Shown here piece by piece: positions 51,560 through 63,324 of a stretch of DNA of 64,000 nt. Numbering within the stretch: position 1 is the first letter of the stretch; every line of letters starts with the position of its first letter. The position numbers and the translations under genes are program-made. Source of the DNA: Mobula hypostoma (Eukaryota); assembly GCF_963921235.1 (NCBI RefSeq), contig NC_086097.1, positions 100,442,001 through 100,506,000 on the forward strand. Direction: 5' to 3'. The notes below the pieces were generated by a model. The model did no database searches. It worked only from the letters and a program-made list of their open reading frames with translations, and was not told the origin of the DNA.

Positions 51560-52810
51560 CCTTTCAGAAGGTGCCGCGCATGAGGCTACTCAACAAGTTA
51601 ACAACTCATGGTATTAAAGGAAAGATACCAGCGTGGATAAGGCAGTGGCTGATTGGCAAGAGGCAAAGAGTTGGAATAAAGGGGGTCTTTTCTGGTTGAC
51701 TGCTGGTTACAGGGGTCTGTGTTGGGACCATTTCTTTCTATGTTGTATGTCCGTGATTTGAATGAAGGAATTGATGGCTTTGTGATCATGTTTGCAGATG
51801 ATGTGATGATAGGTGGGAGGGCAGGTAGTTTTGAGGAAGTAGAAGTACTTAGGTTAGGAGAATGGGCAAAGGAGTGGCAGGTTGAATACAGTGTTGGGAA
51901 ATATACGGCTACGCACTTTGATAGAAGAAATAAAAAGGTAGACAATTTTTCTAAATGTAGAGAAAATGAAAAAATCTGAGTTGCAAAGGGACTTGGGAGT
52001 CCTTGCGCAGGATTCCCTCAAGTTGAGTCTATGGTGAGGAAGGCAAATGCAATGTTAGCATTCATTCTGGGAGGACTACAATATAAAAACAAGGATGTAA
52101 TTTTGAGGCTATATAAAACACTGGTGTGCAGTTTTGGGCCCCTTATCCAAGAGAGGACGTGCCGACATTAGAGAGAGTTCAAAAGAGGTTCATGAAAATG
52201 ATTCTGCCATTGAAAAGCTTGTCATATGAGGAGCATTTGATGGCTCTGGGCCTGTATTCACTGGAATTCAGAAGGCTGACAGGTGACCTCATCGAAACCT
52301 GTGGAATATTGAATATAGAGTGAATCGGGAGAGTATGTCTCCTATGGTGGGGGAGTCTAAGACCAGAGGACACAGCCTCAGAATAGAGCAGCATCCTTTT
52401 AGAATGGAGATGGGGAAGAATTTCTTTAGAATATAGAACATAGGATAATACAGCACAGGAACAGGCCCTTCGGCCCACAATGTTATGCCGAATCAGCCAA
52501 ATCAAAAACACCCAAACACTAATCCCTCCTACCTACACCGTGTCCATATCCCTCCATTCTCCTTATATCCATCTGCCTATCCAAATGTCTCTTAAAAGCC
52601 TCCAGAGAGTGGTGAATCTATGGAATTCATTGCCACAGGCAGCAGTGGAGGCCAAGTCATTGGGTATATTGAAACTGATTGATTCTTGATTGGAGAAGGC
52701 AGGAGATTGGGGCTGAGAGGGAAAATGGATCAGCTGTGATGAAATGGCAGAGAAGAGACGACGGGCCAAACAGCCTAATTCTGCTCCTCTTTCTTGTGGT
52801 CTTATGGTCT
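51560..52810 (+). mobile_element. Decayed CR1 nested in the Gypsy element
   Basis: MFADDVMIGG, QFWAPY, LGLYSLEFRRL; small minus-strand CR1 tail at ~52428-52600. Confidence 0.85.
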
Positions 52811-52999
52811 GATTTGCTGGTTCTGCCTCTTTCTGTTGTGCTCTCCAGATGATGGTGTCAGCTTCCCATTGGAGCAGTGCCACCTGTCTGGACCTCGGGA
52901 TGATGGTTCTGGGACAGTGAGCAGGACTGGTTGTTCAAACACCCCGGAGAGGTGATCTATATGTGGTCACAGTCCCCATGAAGAAGAAGCTCGCAACAG

Positions 53000-53642
53000 C
53001 AGGAGATATGGAGGGACAGATAAATCAGATGCTCTCTTCCATGATCACCCTTTCTGGAGCTAACAGGAGATGTGGAGGGACAGATAAATCAGATGCTCTC
53101 TTCCATGGTCACCCTTTCTGGAGCTAACAGGAGATGTGGAGGGACAGATAAATCAGATGCTCTCTTCCATGGTCACCCTTTCTGGAGCTAACAGGAGATG
53201 TGGAGGGACAGATAAATCAGATGCTCTCTTCCATGGTCACCCTTTCTGGAGCTAACAGGAGATGTGGAGGGACAGATAAATCAGATGCTCTCTTCCATGG
53301 TCACCCTTTCTGGAGCTAACAGGTGATGTGGAGGGACAGATAAATCAGATGCTCTCTTCCATGGTCACCCTTTCTGGAGCTAACAGGAGATGTGGAGGGA
53401 CAGATAAATCAGATGCTCTCTTCCATGGTCACCCTTTCTGGAGCTAACAGGAGATGTGGAGGGACAGATAAATCAGATGCTCTCTTCCATGGTCACCCTT
53501 TCTGGAGCTAACAGGAGATGTGGAGGGACAGATAAATCAGATGCTCTCTTCCATGGTCACCCTTTCTGGAGCTAACAGGAGATGTGGAGGGACAGATAAA
53601 TCAGATGCTCTCTTCCATGGTCACCCTTTCTGGAGCTAACAG
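53000..53642. repeat. 64-bp minisatellite, 10 copies, inside Gypsy pol
   Basis: Unit ACAGGAGATGTGGAGGGACAGATAAATCAGATGCTCTCTTCCATGGTCACCCTTTCTGGAGCTA; copies nearly identical. Confidence 0.95.
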
Positions 53643-55655
53643 GGAGTAGATTCTTCCCCAGGGTGTACAGGTTCTACGCAGTAATTCAATTTCACAGTCA
53701 AAGGTTCGATGAGGTGGGGGAGTTGTGGCCCTCTTCTTACTAAAAGCCTCTAGCAGCTCTGAGTACCCGGGAGGAACTTGGGTCAGCCCTGGAGAGGCGG
53801 GGGGCAAGCCGGCAGTGAGAAGACCATCAGCCCGTGAAGTGCGCTGGTGGAGCAGTCAGTTTGTGAATTGTGGAGGGCTGGTGATGAGGCCTAGAGTGCC
53901 CAGGGAATCTGGTGTGAGTAGTGTTCGGCACGGACTAGAGGGGCCGAGATGGCCTGTTTCCGTGCTGTAATTGTTATATGGTTATATGGAATCGGGTTCA
54001 GGCTCCTACTAATGATGTTGCAGAGGGGGAGAATGTAACCCACACACCCTGACACTGATATCACACCAGGCACATCCATCGAAGTCACACTGGGCAATTC
54101 CATCCAGTTCCCACTGGGAACACCTGTCTCATTCTTGTTGGAGCATCAATTCCAGTTCTGCTGGTTAATCCATCTGATTCATGACAAAGTGATCGGGACA
54201 TTTCATTAAGATGTGCTACAAAGAATAGTCAATATTCGACAGCAAGTACTGTCTCATGTAACTGCAAGTGGCAAACACTGGGCAGAACTCACAGATCTCA
54301 CTGTGTACTTGGGTATCAGAGCTTTGTCGCCAGCTGAGGGAGAGCTGAGACTGGGGTCTGCGAACGTGGGTGGATGAGAAAGAAAGGGAGGAAGAGAGAG
54401 AGGTGGACAGGACAGAGATAGAGATAGGAGTGGGTGGATACATTATTACTGGAATAGTGATCCAGTAGTGATACGGGCTGCTGGGGTTGACATAAAGCCA
54501 AAAACAAGCGAGGGAAGCTCTCCATCCAATCACATCCCCACCCAGAGGTGGCAGCCGCTCTCCGAGGCTCCATTAAGGTGGAAATGGTGGGAAGCTCTTG
54601 AAAGTGAGGTGTTAGTCCAGCGACTTGTTGAGGCCTTAAGAAACCAGAAAGAGCCTCTGATGGGGCAAGGAATGCGGTTCAGAAATAGCCTGCTATCTGC
54701 TGGGAATGCAGTGAGCTGAGACTCCTGATAAGTTCTGACAGTATAATGAGTTCAGAGAATTTTTTCCATGGGAATTGATTTATAAATAGATTCCATTCTG
54801 CTGAAGCTTGGCACTAAAATCACTTCAGTTTTCTTAGTTTGGGAGCAGCTCCTGTTCAGGCACAAGAAATCCTTCGGTTATAACTGGCGCCTTTGATTAC
54901 AGTGTCACAGATCTCCACACTACTTCGGTTGCTACCGACAACTCATTTTTGGCACAGGCTTTCATGTCAGTGGAATATGCTTGATTGATGTTCATATGGG
55001 TGTTTTTACACTCTCCCATCATTCGGAGAGCAAGACAAGGGAATTAACACCCTCACTGAGGGGTCAGAGGTGGAAAGGGAGAGCGGCTTCAAGTTGCTGC
55101 ACATCAACATTGCAAAGGGTCTACCCCGACCGCAGCACATTGATGCCATCATGAAGCAAGCCAGTGGCTAAACTTGGTTAGTAGTTTCAGGGGATTTGGT
55201 GTGTCACTAAAGACACATATAATTTCCTGGTTGTGTACATTAGAGAGCATTCTGACTGGTTGCCTCACATCGAATCCCACGAAGCTGCAGAAGGTTGCAC
55301 ACTCCAGCCAGTTCCATCACGGGCAACAACCCTCCCCACCATCACGGTCATCATCCTGAAGAGGCAGTGCCTCAAGAAGGCAATGTCCCTCGTGATCCAG
55401 GGTATTGCCTCATCCTGCCGCTACCATCAGGGGGCTGTACAGGAGCCTGTAGACCCCCACTCAGTAATTCAGAAACAGCTTCTCCCCTCCACTGTCAGAC
55501 TTCAGGGCCCATTGTTGTGTAGTTCATATTTCAGCAGTATTGTAAATATGTTGTTGATTAAGCATTCTTTATTTGTTTCAATAATTTCTTACTGGCTATA
55601 TGTAAACGTGTGTGGATTGCATACATCATGATGCTACCACATGATAGTGGTGTAT

Positions 55656-55840
55656 GGGGTATCAGGGAGGGGTAGCACTTCTGGTGGGGGAACATGTTGC
55701 TTTCTTTTCAAGGCTGTTAGTCCACCTTTGGTCCCCACCTGGCACTCAGCTCTCACCTGTGGCTCCCCGTAGCTGTTTGCATACGACAGCAGCCACACCC
55801 CAGGCAGCGGCTTCGACAAGCCGGCTAAACCAGGTGAGGG
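55656..55840 (+). ncRNA. Putative HDV-like self-cleaving ribozyme
   Basis: P1, P2, P3, P4 and J4/2 (GCTAA) occur in HDV order with hand-checked pairings (see findings). Confidence 0.55.
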
Positions 55841-56165
55841 TAGCCGACGGGTCTCAAACCCTTGGTGAGATAAGGAGTTGTCTATCCCTGCACGCGAAGA
55901 CAGACTCCGGTGGATTGAGCGGACGAGACCAATGGTAGGTCCAACGGTCAAGAAGGCGGTCTCTGCAAGCGTCGTAGAACGCGTAGAGCAGGACAAGACA
56001 CAGAAGATGTCCTGGTCATCCGCTGCGCTTAGTCCCATCTCCAGCCGTCTCGACTCTTGTCTTGCCACTGGATCCAGATGGGAATTGGGAAGAGAGAGTG
56101 AGGCTGACGCTGCACAACTCTCCCTCACTTAAATCCAAATCAAGCGCTTGTCTCGACACCATCAA

Positions 56166-56304
56166 GCCGGCTGATGGCGCAGTGACAGCAGTGCCGGACT
56201 CCGGGGTGAAGGTTCCCGAGTTTGAATCCAGTTGGGCTGCTCCAGGGCACGCTCTCCATCCGTGCTGGGTTGAGTGTCGAGCTAGCAACTCGACCTCGTA
56301 AAAA
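56166..56304 (+). mobile_element. tRNA-derived SINE
   Basis: A-box-like TGGCGCAGTGAC (56175-56186), B-box-like GAGTTTGAATCC (56218-56229), 3' hairpin GTCGAG/CTCGAC, short A tail. Confidence 0.7.
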
Positions 56305-56692
56305 GTACTAATGGTGTCGAGGTCTTCATCGATGATGATGGACGAACCACATGATACCACGTGATTTGCCTCATTTAAGTAAAACTTAACATATATGAGT
56401 TATCTGTGGCTCCCTTGTTTTTCTTCTTATTAGTTTAATGTTTTGGAGTTAGAAGACATGACATCTATGAACTCACAAGCATTACTTTGGTTTTCCAACT
56501 TTTGCCTGATTTAACTATTTTCATAATTTGCAGTAAATTGATCCCTTTGCACTGCATTGCTGCTACAAAACAACAAAATAAAATAGTGATAATAAATCTC
56601 GTTCTGATCCAACAACACACTCTGCATTTCACAACAGGGCCTATATATCACAAGATATAGGAGCAGAATTAGACCATTCGGCCCATCGAGTC

Positions 56693-58021
56693 GAATGTTG
56701 GAAAAGATTCTTAGAGATAGGATCTATAGGCATTTAGAGAATCATGGTCTGATCACGGACAGTCAGCATGGCTTTGTGAAGGGCAGATCATGTCTAACAA
56801 GCCTGATAGAGTTCTTTGAGGAGGTGACCAGGCATATAGATGAGGGTAGTGCAGTGGATGTGATCTATATGGATTTTAGTAAGGCATTTGACAAGGTTCC
56901 ACACGGTAGGCTTATTCAGAAAGTTAGAAGGTATGGGATCCAGGGAAGTTTGGCCAGGTGGATTCAGAATTGGCTTACCTGCAGAAGGCAGAGGATGGTG
57001 GTGGAGGGAGTACATTCAGATTGAAGGATTGTGACTAGTGGTGTCCCACAAGGATCTGTTCTGGGACCTCTACTTTTCGTGATTTTTATTAACGACCTGG
57101 ATGTGGGGGTAGAAGGGTGGGTTGGCAAGTTTGCAGACGACACAAAGGTTGGTGGTGTTGTAGATAGTGTAGAGGATTGTCAAAGATTGCAGAGAGACAT
57201 TGATAGGATGCAGAAGTGGGCTGAGAAGTGGCAGATGGAGTTCAACCCGGAAAAGTGTAAGGTGGTACACTTTGGAAGGACAAACTCCAAGGCAGAGTAC
57301 AAAGTAAATGGCAGGATACTTGGTAGTGTGGAGGAGCAGAGGGATCTCGGGGTACATGTCCACAGATCCCTGAAAGTTGCCTCACAGGTGGATAGGGTAG
57401 TTAAGAAAACTTATGGGGTGTTAGCTTTCATAAGTCGAGGGATAGAGTTTAAGAGTCGCGATGTAATGATGCAGCTCTATAAAGCTCTGGTTAGGCCACA
57501 CTTGGAGTATTGTGTCCAGTTTTGGTCACCTCACTATAGGAAGGATGTGGAAGCATTGGAAAGGGTACAGAGGAGATTTACCAGGATGCTGCCTGGTTTA
57601 GAAAGTATGCATTATGATCAGAGATTAAGGGAGTTAGGGCTTTACTCTTTGGAGAGAAGGAGGATGAGAGGAGACATGATAGAGGTGTACAAGATAATAA
57701 GAGGAATAGATAGAGTGGATAGCCAGCGCCTCTTCCCCAGGGCACCACTGCTCAATACAAGAGGGCATGGCTTTAAGGTAAGGGGTGGGAAGTTCAAGGG
57801 GGATATTAGAGGAAGGTTTTTTACTCAGAGAGTGGTTGGTGCGTGGAATGCACTGCCTGAGTCAGTGGTGGAGGCAGATACACTAGTGAAGTTTAAGAGA
57901 CTACTAGACAGGTATATGGAGGAATCTAAGGTGGGGCCTTATATGGGAGGCAGGGTTTGAGGGTCGGCACAACATTGTGGGCCAAAGGGCCTGTACTGTG
58001 CTGTACTGTTCTATGTTCTAT
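56693..58021 (+). mobile_element. Young 5'-truncated CR1 inserted into a minus-strand CR1 3' end
   Basis: ORFs 56695-57024 and 57031-57960 are in frame with a single TGA between them; FADD intact; TSD GAGTC (56688-56692 and 58022-58026). Confidence 0.95.
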
Positions 58022-58749
58022 GAGTCTGCTCTGCCATTTCACCATGGCTGATCCAGTTCCCTCTCAACCCCAGTCTCCTGCCTTCTCCCTGACTAATCAA
58101 GAAACTATCAACTGCTGTTTAAATATACCCAATGACTTGGCCTCCACAGCTGCCTGTGGCAACAAATTCCACAGATTCACCACCCTCTGGCTAAAGAAAT
58201 TCCTTCTCATCTCTGTTCTAAACGGACAACCCTCTATTTTGAATAAAACAGAACAAAAACATGCAAAGGTTTAAAATTTAATGTACAAGGCATGCAATTT
58301 TTCCAATGACTGCACATGCCCAGCAGTGAACTGCAAGATTCCTGTTTATTTCAGTGGTTAGAAATGAAATTAACCTTGTCGGCTTCCTGATCATTTCATT
58401 TATGCTCATCTTCTAAAAACAGAAAAGGCATTACTGATCAAATAATTTGATTCAGTGATTCATTAGGAACAAATCTTCCTCCAACAATGGCACCAGAGTG
58501 CCTTGTTTCCCTGGAAACAGCCTGTCTTCCGACAGATCAGATGAGAGAGATCCTGAGCAGGGAAGAGGTGGGTGAAGAGTTGAACTCAGTAAAAATTATT
58601 TACTTTGAGCTTTGCATTGGGTACGTTGGCTGCTTTACAGATGTTGGAGCACTTCCACTCTCCTATCACTCGTGTTCTCTTTCCCAGGACTCTCACCTGT
58701 GGCTGTCATTCATTTGTATCAACTAACCCTGTCGCCAGGATACTCTTAC

Positions 58750-58790
58750 CCGTGAAATGTCCTTTATGAAAATCAGTGACTTGTACAGAC
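58750..58790 (-). CDS. Candidate small exon (SVQVTDFHKGHFT)
   Basis: Acceptor atttcctaag, donor CGG|GTAAGA; phase 2 to 1, compatible with 47385-47464. Confidence 0.3.
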
Positions 58791-59348
58791 CTTAGGAAAT
58801 TGCTGCTGATGTTATAAACACACCGTTCCATTGATGTCTGGAGTTGTAATTTACTGATTGATACAGGGCACAGTTGCCAGATTGGTTAGCTCAAACAGAG
58901 GCTTTGCAAACTGAAATTATGACCATTCGTCAGCCCCCCTACAAAGTTCAAATGTAGAGAAGGCAGCTGATGTATTTATAGAAGCACTCTCAATATGTGG
59001 AAATAATGACAGTCCTGTGCTCAGTGGCGGCTCATTTTTGTACGGTCTCTGTCACACAGGCCTGAAACGGGCCACCCTTCCCTGTGAGTTCCACTGTGTA
59101 ACTTATCAGGAACTCCAATTTAACTGATCAAACTCCTTTCAGTGCAGGTGAACCCCAACATCAAAACCATGGGAAGAAGCTCTGTCCACTTACTTGGGCA
59201 CTGTTCAATGAACAACTGTGCTCTGCAACACAGAACAACAGAAGGCTTCAGCACACACCAGCACCTGTCCGAGGGTAGGGATAGGTGCTATTGTCATGTT
59301 GAAAAGCAGGAATGTTGGAACTACTTAACAGGGCAATCAGCATCTGTG

Positions 59349-59575
59349 GAGAGAGAGAGAGAGAGAGAGTGAGAGAGTGAGAGAGACAGTGATAGAGAGT
59401 GAGACAGAGGCAGAAAGAGAGAGAGAGAGGAGAAAGAGGGGGGGAGAGAGAGTGGAAGAGAGACAGAGAGAGGGAGGGAGAGAGACAGAGAGAGGGCAAG
59501 AGAAGGAAAGAGAGAGAGAGAAAGGGAGAGGAGGGAGGGAGAGAGAGACAGACATAGAAAGATAAATAGAGATAG
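59349..59575. repeat. GA-rich simple repeat
   Basis: Directly visible. Confidence 0.9.
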
Positions 59576-59930
59576 ATCAATGGATAGAGAGTGAGAAATT
59601 GAGACAACTTTTCAGGGTGATGTTCATTCAAACTCAGATAGTTAGAAAATCATCATCTTAAGGTGCAAGAAGAGAGTGATCTAAGGGTAGTGTCTGGGAC
59701 AGGCAGAGACTGAGAGAGACTCTTGTGTCTTGAGAGACAATAAGGTCTTGTTCATCAAAGCTGTTCAAAAAATTTGGAGGAACTGCAAATGAAATAATTG
59801 AGTACTGGGGAGGGGGATGAGGAAAAACAAATTCTGGGACACTGGAGGTGAATTATGTTACAGATGTCACAAATCTGCAATAAATACAGACACTAACTTG
59901 ATTTTTCTACTTCACCCTCTCTCGGTTCCC

Positions 59931-60178
59931 TGTGTGAGTGTGTGAGTGTGAATGTGTATGTGTGAGTGTGAGTGTGTGATTGTGTATGTGTGTGTGAGTG
60001 AGTGTGAGTGTGTGAGTGTGTGTATGTATGTGTGAGTGTGTGTGTATGGGTGTGTGAGTGTGTGTGTATGTGTGTGAGTGTGTTTGTGTGAGCGTGAGTG
60101 TGTATGTGTGTGTGTGTGTGAGTGTGTATGTGTATTGTGAATGTGAGTGTGAGTGCGTGTGTGTGCGTGTGTGTGTAT
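59931..60178. repeat. GT-rich simple repeat
   Basis: Directly visible. Confidence 0.9.
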
Positions 60179-62179
60179 GGGCATCATTCTGTTGGCTGAT
60201 GGTGTGGTCCGTACTGTTAGACCTTCGAGAAGAGAAAAGATCCTGGGATCACTGGGCCGTGCAGGACTGTGCCAGGACGGTGGGGCACAGTGTAGCCCGC
60301 CACCTCAGCAGGTACACACTTCCATACTCCACACCAGCCAACTCTCTCCATTATACCCTCACACCTCCCAGCAAATCAACAGCACAGGGCAAGATTGTTG
60401 ACTTACTAACACATGCTCTACATGCAACAGTGAAGCCCTGTAAAGCACGGGTATGTTGACATGAGAGGAGTGTAGGGAAGATGGCGTACCACTCCAGTGC
60501 ATGGTTTTAAGGGAAGGTTATAGTCCTACAGGCTGAGGTATTAAACAAAAGTTCCTCCATCGTCTCAGGTGGATGTGTGAGATTCCGCTGGCAAACCCAC
60601 TACATGACATCCAGGCCATTCTCGCAGCTTCCACCAGACACCTGAAGTCCCACCCCACCAGGTTCAAGAACACTTAGCCATTCAGTTCTTGGAACAACTG
60701 GAGACTTGACAAAGGGCATCTTCTAGGCAGCTTTCTAAAAGAAGGTATCAATTAGCATAAATAATACACAACTTTTACGAGAAAGAACACAATTAGAACC
60801 AAAAATAACCCATTACAGTGCAAAGTGATCAAAGTGGTCCCAGTGTTGCTAAACTGTAGTGATTAGGGTCTAGCAAGTTGTTTCAAGAACCACAGAGTTG
60901 AAGGGAGGTAACTGTTGTTGAACCTGGTGGTGTGGGATTTCAGGTTTATTTACCCCCTGCCCAGTGGTAGCTGTGAGAAAGTGGCCTGGCCTGGAAGGTG
61001 GGACCTATGAAAATGACGCAGCGCCTCATGTATGTACTAACTTTGGTGGGGGAAGATGACCCGTGATGCATTTGGGTAAGTCCACTACCCTCCTCTGCCT
61101 CTTGTCTTGTGTTCCTGTGCACACTCAAATTCCTTTACCAGACCATGGTGCGACCAGTCATGATACTTTCAAGGTACATCTGTAGAACTTGGTTCAGTGA
61201 CATCCCTACCTCTTTAACCTCCTGAAAGAGTAATGATGCCAGTGTCTCTTCCCTGTAATTGCATCTATATGCTGTGCCCAGGACAGGTCATCCAATATGT
61301 TAACGTCCAGGAATTTAAAGCTGCTGTTTCTCTGTCCCAGCCAGTCTGGTTATCCATATGTACACATGGCTGGCAATATCCCACAGCCACACTTGCCATA
61401 TTTTCAAACCAGATGCCCCGAGATTGTCAACAAGAGACATGGTCTCTCAGTTCTGTAGGAGAGTGAAAGTGGCTTGCAGCTCCAGCATAAGCCAAAGGCC
61501 CACAGCCCTGTGTCTGCTGCAGAGCTCAGTCCACGTCACATGGGTTTCCAGCTGTTTACCGCTTCATGGTGACTCTCCTAATTGGGTCTCAGAGCTGGTC
61601 ACGGGGCTAATGCTGCAGCCATGACTGAAGGCTGAAAGGTTCCATTGTGAGAGAGCATTTACGTCAATGTGCAGCTGTGAGTGAGAACAGTCAGATGGAG
61701 TTTGCATTATGTTGAAAGCAGGGCTCTTCACAGCTTAAAAATAAAAACACCCACTTGTCACAGATAGTCCTGACAATACTCCTTTCTTACATTTCCAAGG
61801 CGGACTCGCTTCAGGGATATTGTTCCTTCACTTCCTTAAATCAGACACAGCAGAACAATCCCATCACTGAACTGCAGAAGTGGTAGCTACATCAGTGAAG
61901 CTTGTCTCACTGTTTCATGGTTTGAGCAAGGATATAACAAAATGGCTATGCTCCTGCCTCCTCATAAGTGCGAGAGATCAGAATCAGGTTTATTAACACT
62001 GACTTAGATGATGCAGTCTGTACAGTACAGTGCAAGCACATTAAATTCAAATAAATTAAACAAAAAAATGGGAAAGAAAGAAATAATGAAGCAGCTGCAC
62101 AGTTCCTCAACTTGGCAATCATGGGCAACCCACTCCAGGGTAGGAGTACTCACTTCTGAGTCAAAAAACTATGGGCTGA

Positions 62180-62855
62180 AGATGGTGAAGGTGGCGTTTG
62201 GCATGTCAGCCTTTATAAGTCAGGGCACTGAGTTCAGGAGTTGGAACATTATATTGTAATTGTGTAAAACTTTGGAGAGGCTGCAGCTGGAGTATCATGT
62301 TCGCCTGCTGCGTTCACCAGCAACTTTGATGTGTGTAGCTGGAGTATTGTGTTCATTATGGTTACCATCATAGAAAAGTTGTCTTTAAGCTGGGCAAAAC
62401 GCAAAGAAGATTTATAATAATGTTGCCAGGACCCGAGGTGCTGAGTTTTATATATATGTGGAGAGGCTCAACAATCTAGCAGTTTATTCCTTGAAGTGCT
62501 ATTTTGGGTGACCTTACAAAGGCATATAGGGGCTTAGATAGGGTGAATGCACACTATCATTTTCCCAAAGAAGGGTTATAAAATACGGTGAGCAGAAAGA
62601 CTTTAAAGTGTCCAGAGGGGCAAGTCCTTCACACAGGTAGTGCTAGTTATATGGAACAAGCTGCCAGAGGAAGTGGTTGAGACAGGCACAGTTATAACAT
62701 TTAAACTAACATTTAGACAGGTACATACATAGGAAAGTTTCAGAGAGGTATGGACCAAAAGCAGGTAAATGGGACTAACTCAGGTTGTCATCTTGGTCAG
62801 CATGAATGAGATGGGCCAAAGGATCTGTTTCTGAGTTGTACAGGTCTATGGTTCT
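62180..62855 (+). mobile_element. Heavily decayed CR1 3' fragment
   Basis: VKVAFGMSAFISQGTEFRSW remnant and CR1-like 3' end. Confidence 0.65.
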
Positions 62856-63324
62856 AAGGTTCACTCCAGGAAACGGGGATTATACTCATCTGTGTATTAT
62901 GGGAGTTAGAACCCCTAGCTTTTAGAGAAACCATTATAACTCGACCATACCTGTCCTTCAATGAAGACTAGTATTACCTATGGGACCACTCTGAGACAGA
63001 ATGTATATGTCAACAAGCTCCAGAGACTCACTGATTCTTCACTGATCCTTCAATGCTGTCAAGACTAACCATAGTTCAGGTGGCTTGACTAGGGTAGTCA
63101 CCACAGGGAAAACCATTGCCAATTTATCTCCTCCATGCAGGGGGTGAAAAACTACTCCAAATCTTAGTTGTTACTGTTTCATCAGAATGGCTGAGCATCA
63201 GGTCTGACAATTGGTCTTTGACCTGGAACATTAACAGTTTCATCTGCATGGATGCAGCGAGAGCCTGGTAAACGTCGGCCACGTCCCATTCCCAGGAGCC
63301 CTCCCTCCCATCAACAATGTCCAT

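Larger units (their letters stand above)
49907..53890 (-). mobile_element. Decayed chromodomain-type Gypsy element (RT start, integrase, chromodomain, PPT, 3' LTR 49907-50277)
   Basis: PPHRTFDCEIELL...GRIYSL; YVAACHICAQNK...LHPLPIPS...SMDF; RGRLQYMV...[13 protein letters not shown]-rich PPT at ~50281-50291 (minus); TG...CA LTR. Confidence 0.8.
55647..56345 (+). mobile_element. Non-autonomous RTE-derived element (5' UTR plus 3' end)
   Basis: Exact 11-bp TSD ACCACATGATA (55636-55646 and 56346-56356); (GAT)n tail; motif gagagtgaggctgac...actctccctcacttaaatccaa recalled from RTE-type SINEs. Confidence 0.8.
55513..56463 (+). mobile_element. Solo LTR related to the 12.3-18 kb Gypsy LTRs, within a decayed Rex1-like 3' fragment
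   Basis: TGTTG...TGACA termini; shared blocks atatttcag, gattaagcattc and ttatctg/tcc...gtttaatgttttggagtta. Confidence 0.7.

Noticed and set aside
4213..53642. CRISPR-like arrays
   Set aside because: Units are head-to-tail with no unique spacers, there are no cas genes, and the context is eukaryotic.
56166..56240. Functional tRNA gene
   Set aside because: A/B boxes are present, but no convincing acceptor stem or full cloverleaf; the non-tRNA body and A tail indicate a SINE.
43191..57960. Active or domesticated reverse transcriptase genes
   Set aside because: All CR1 copies are 5'-truncated, lack the endonuclease and carry stops or frameshifts.
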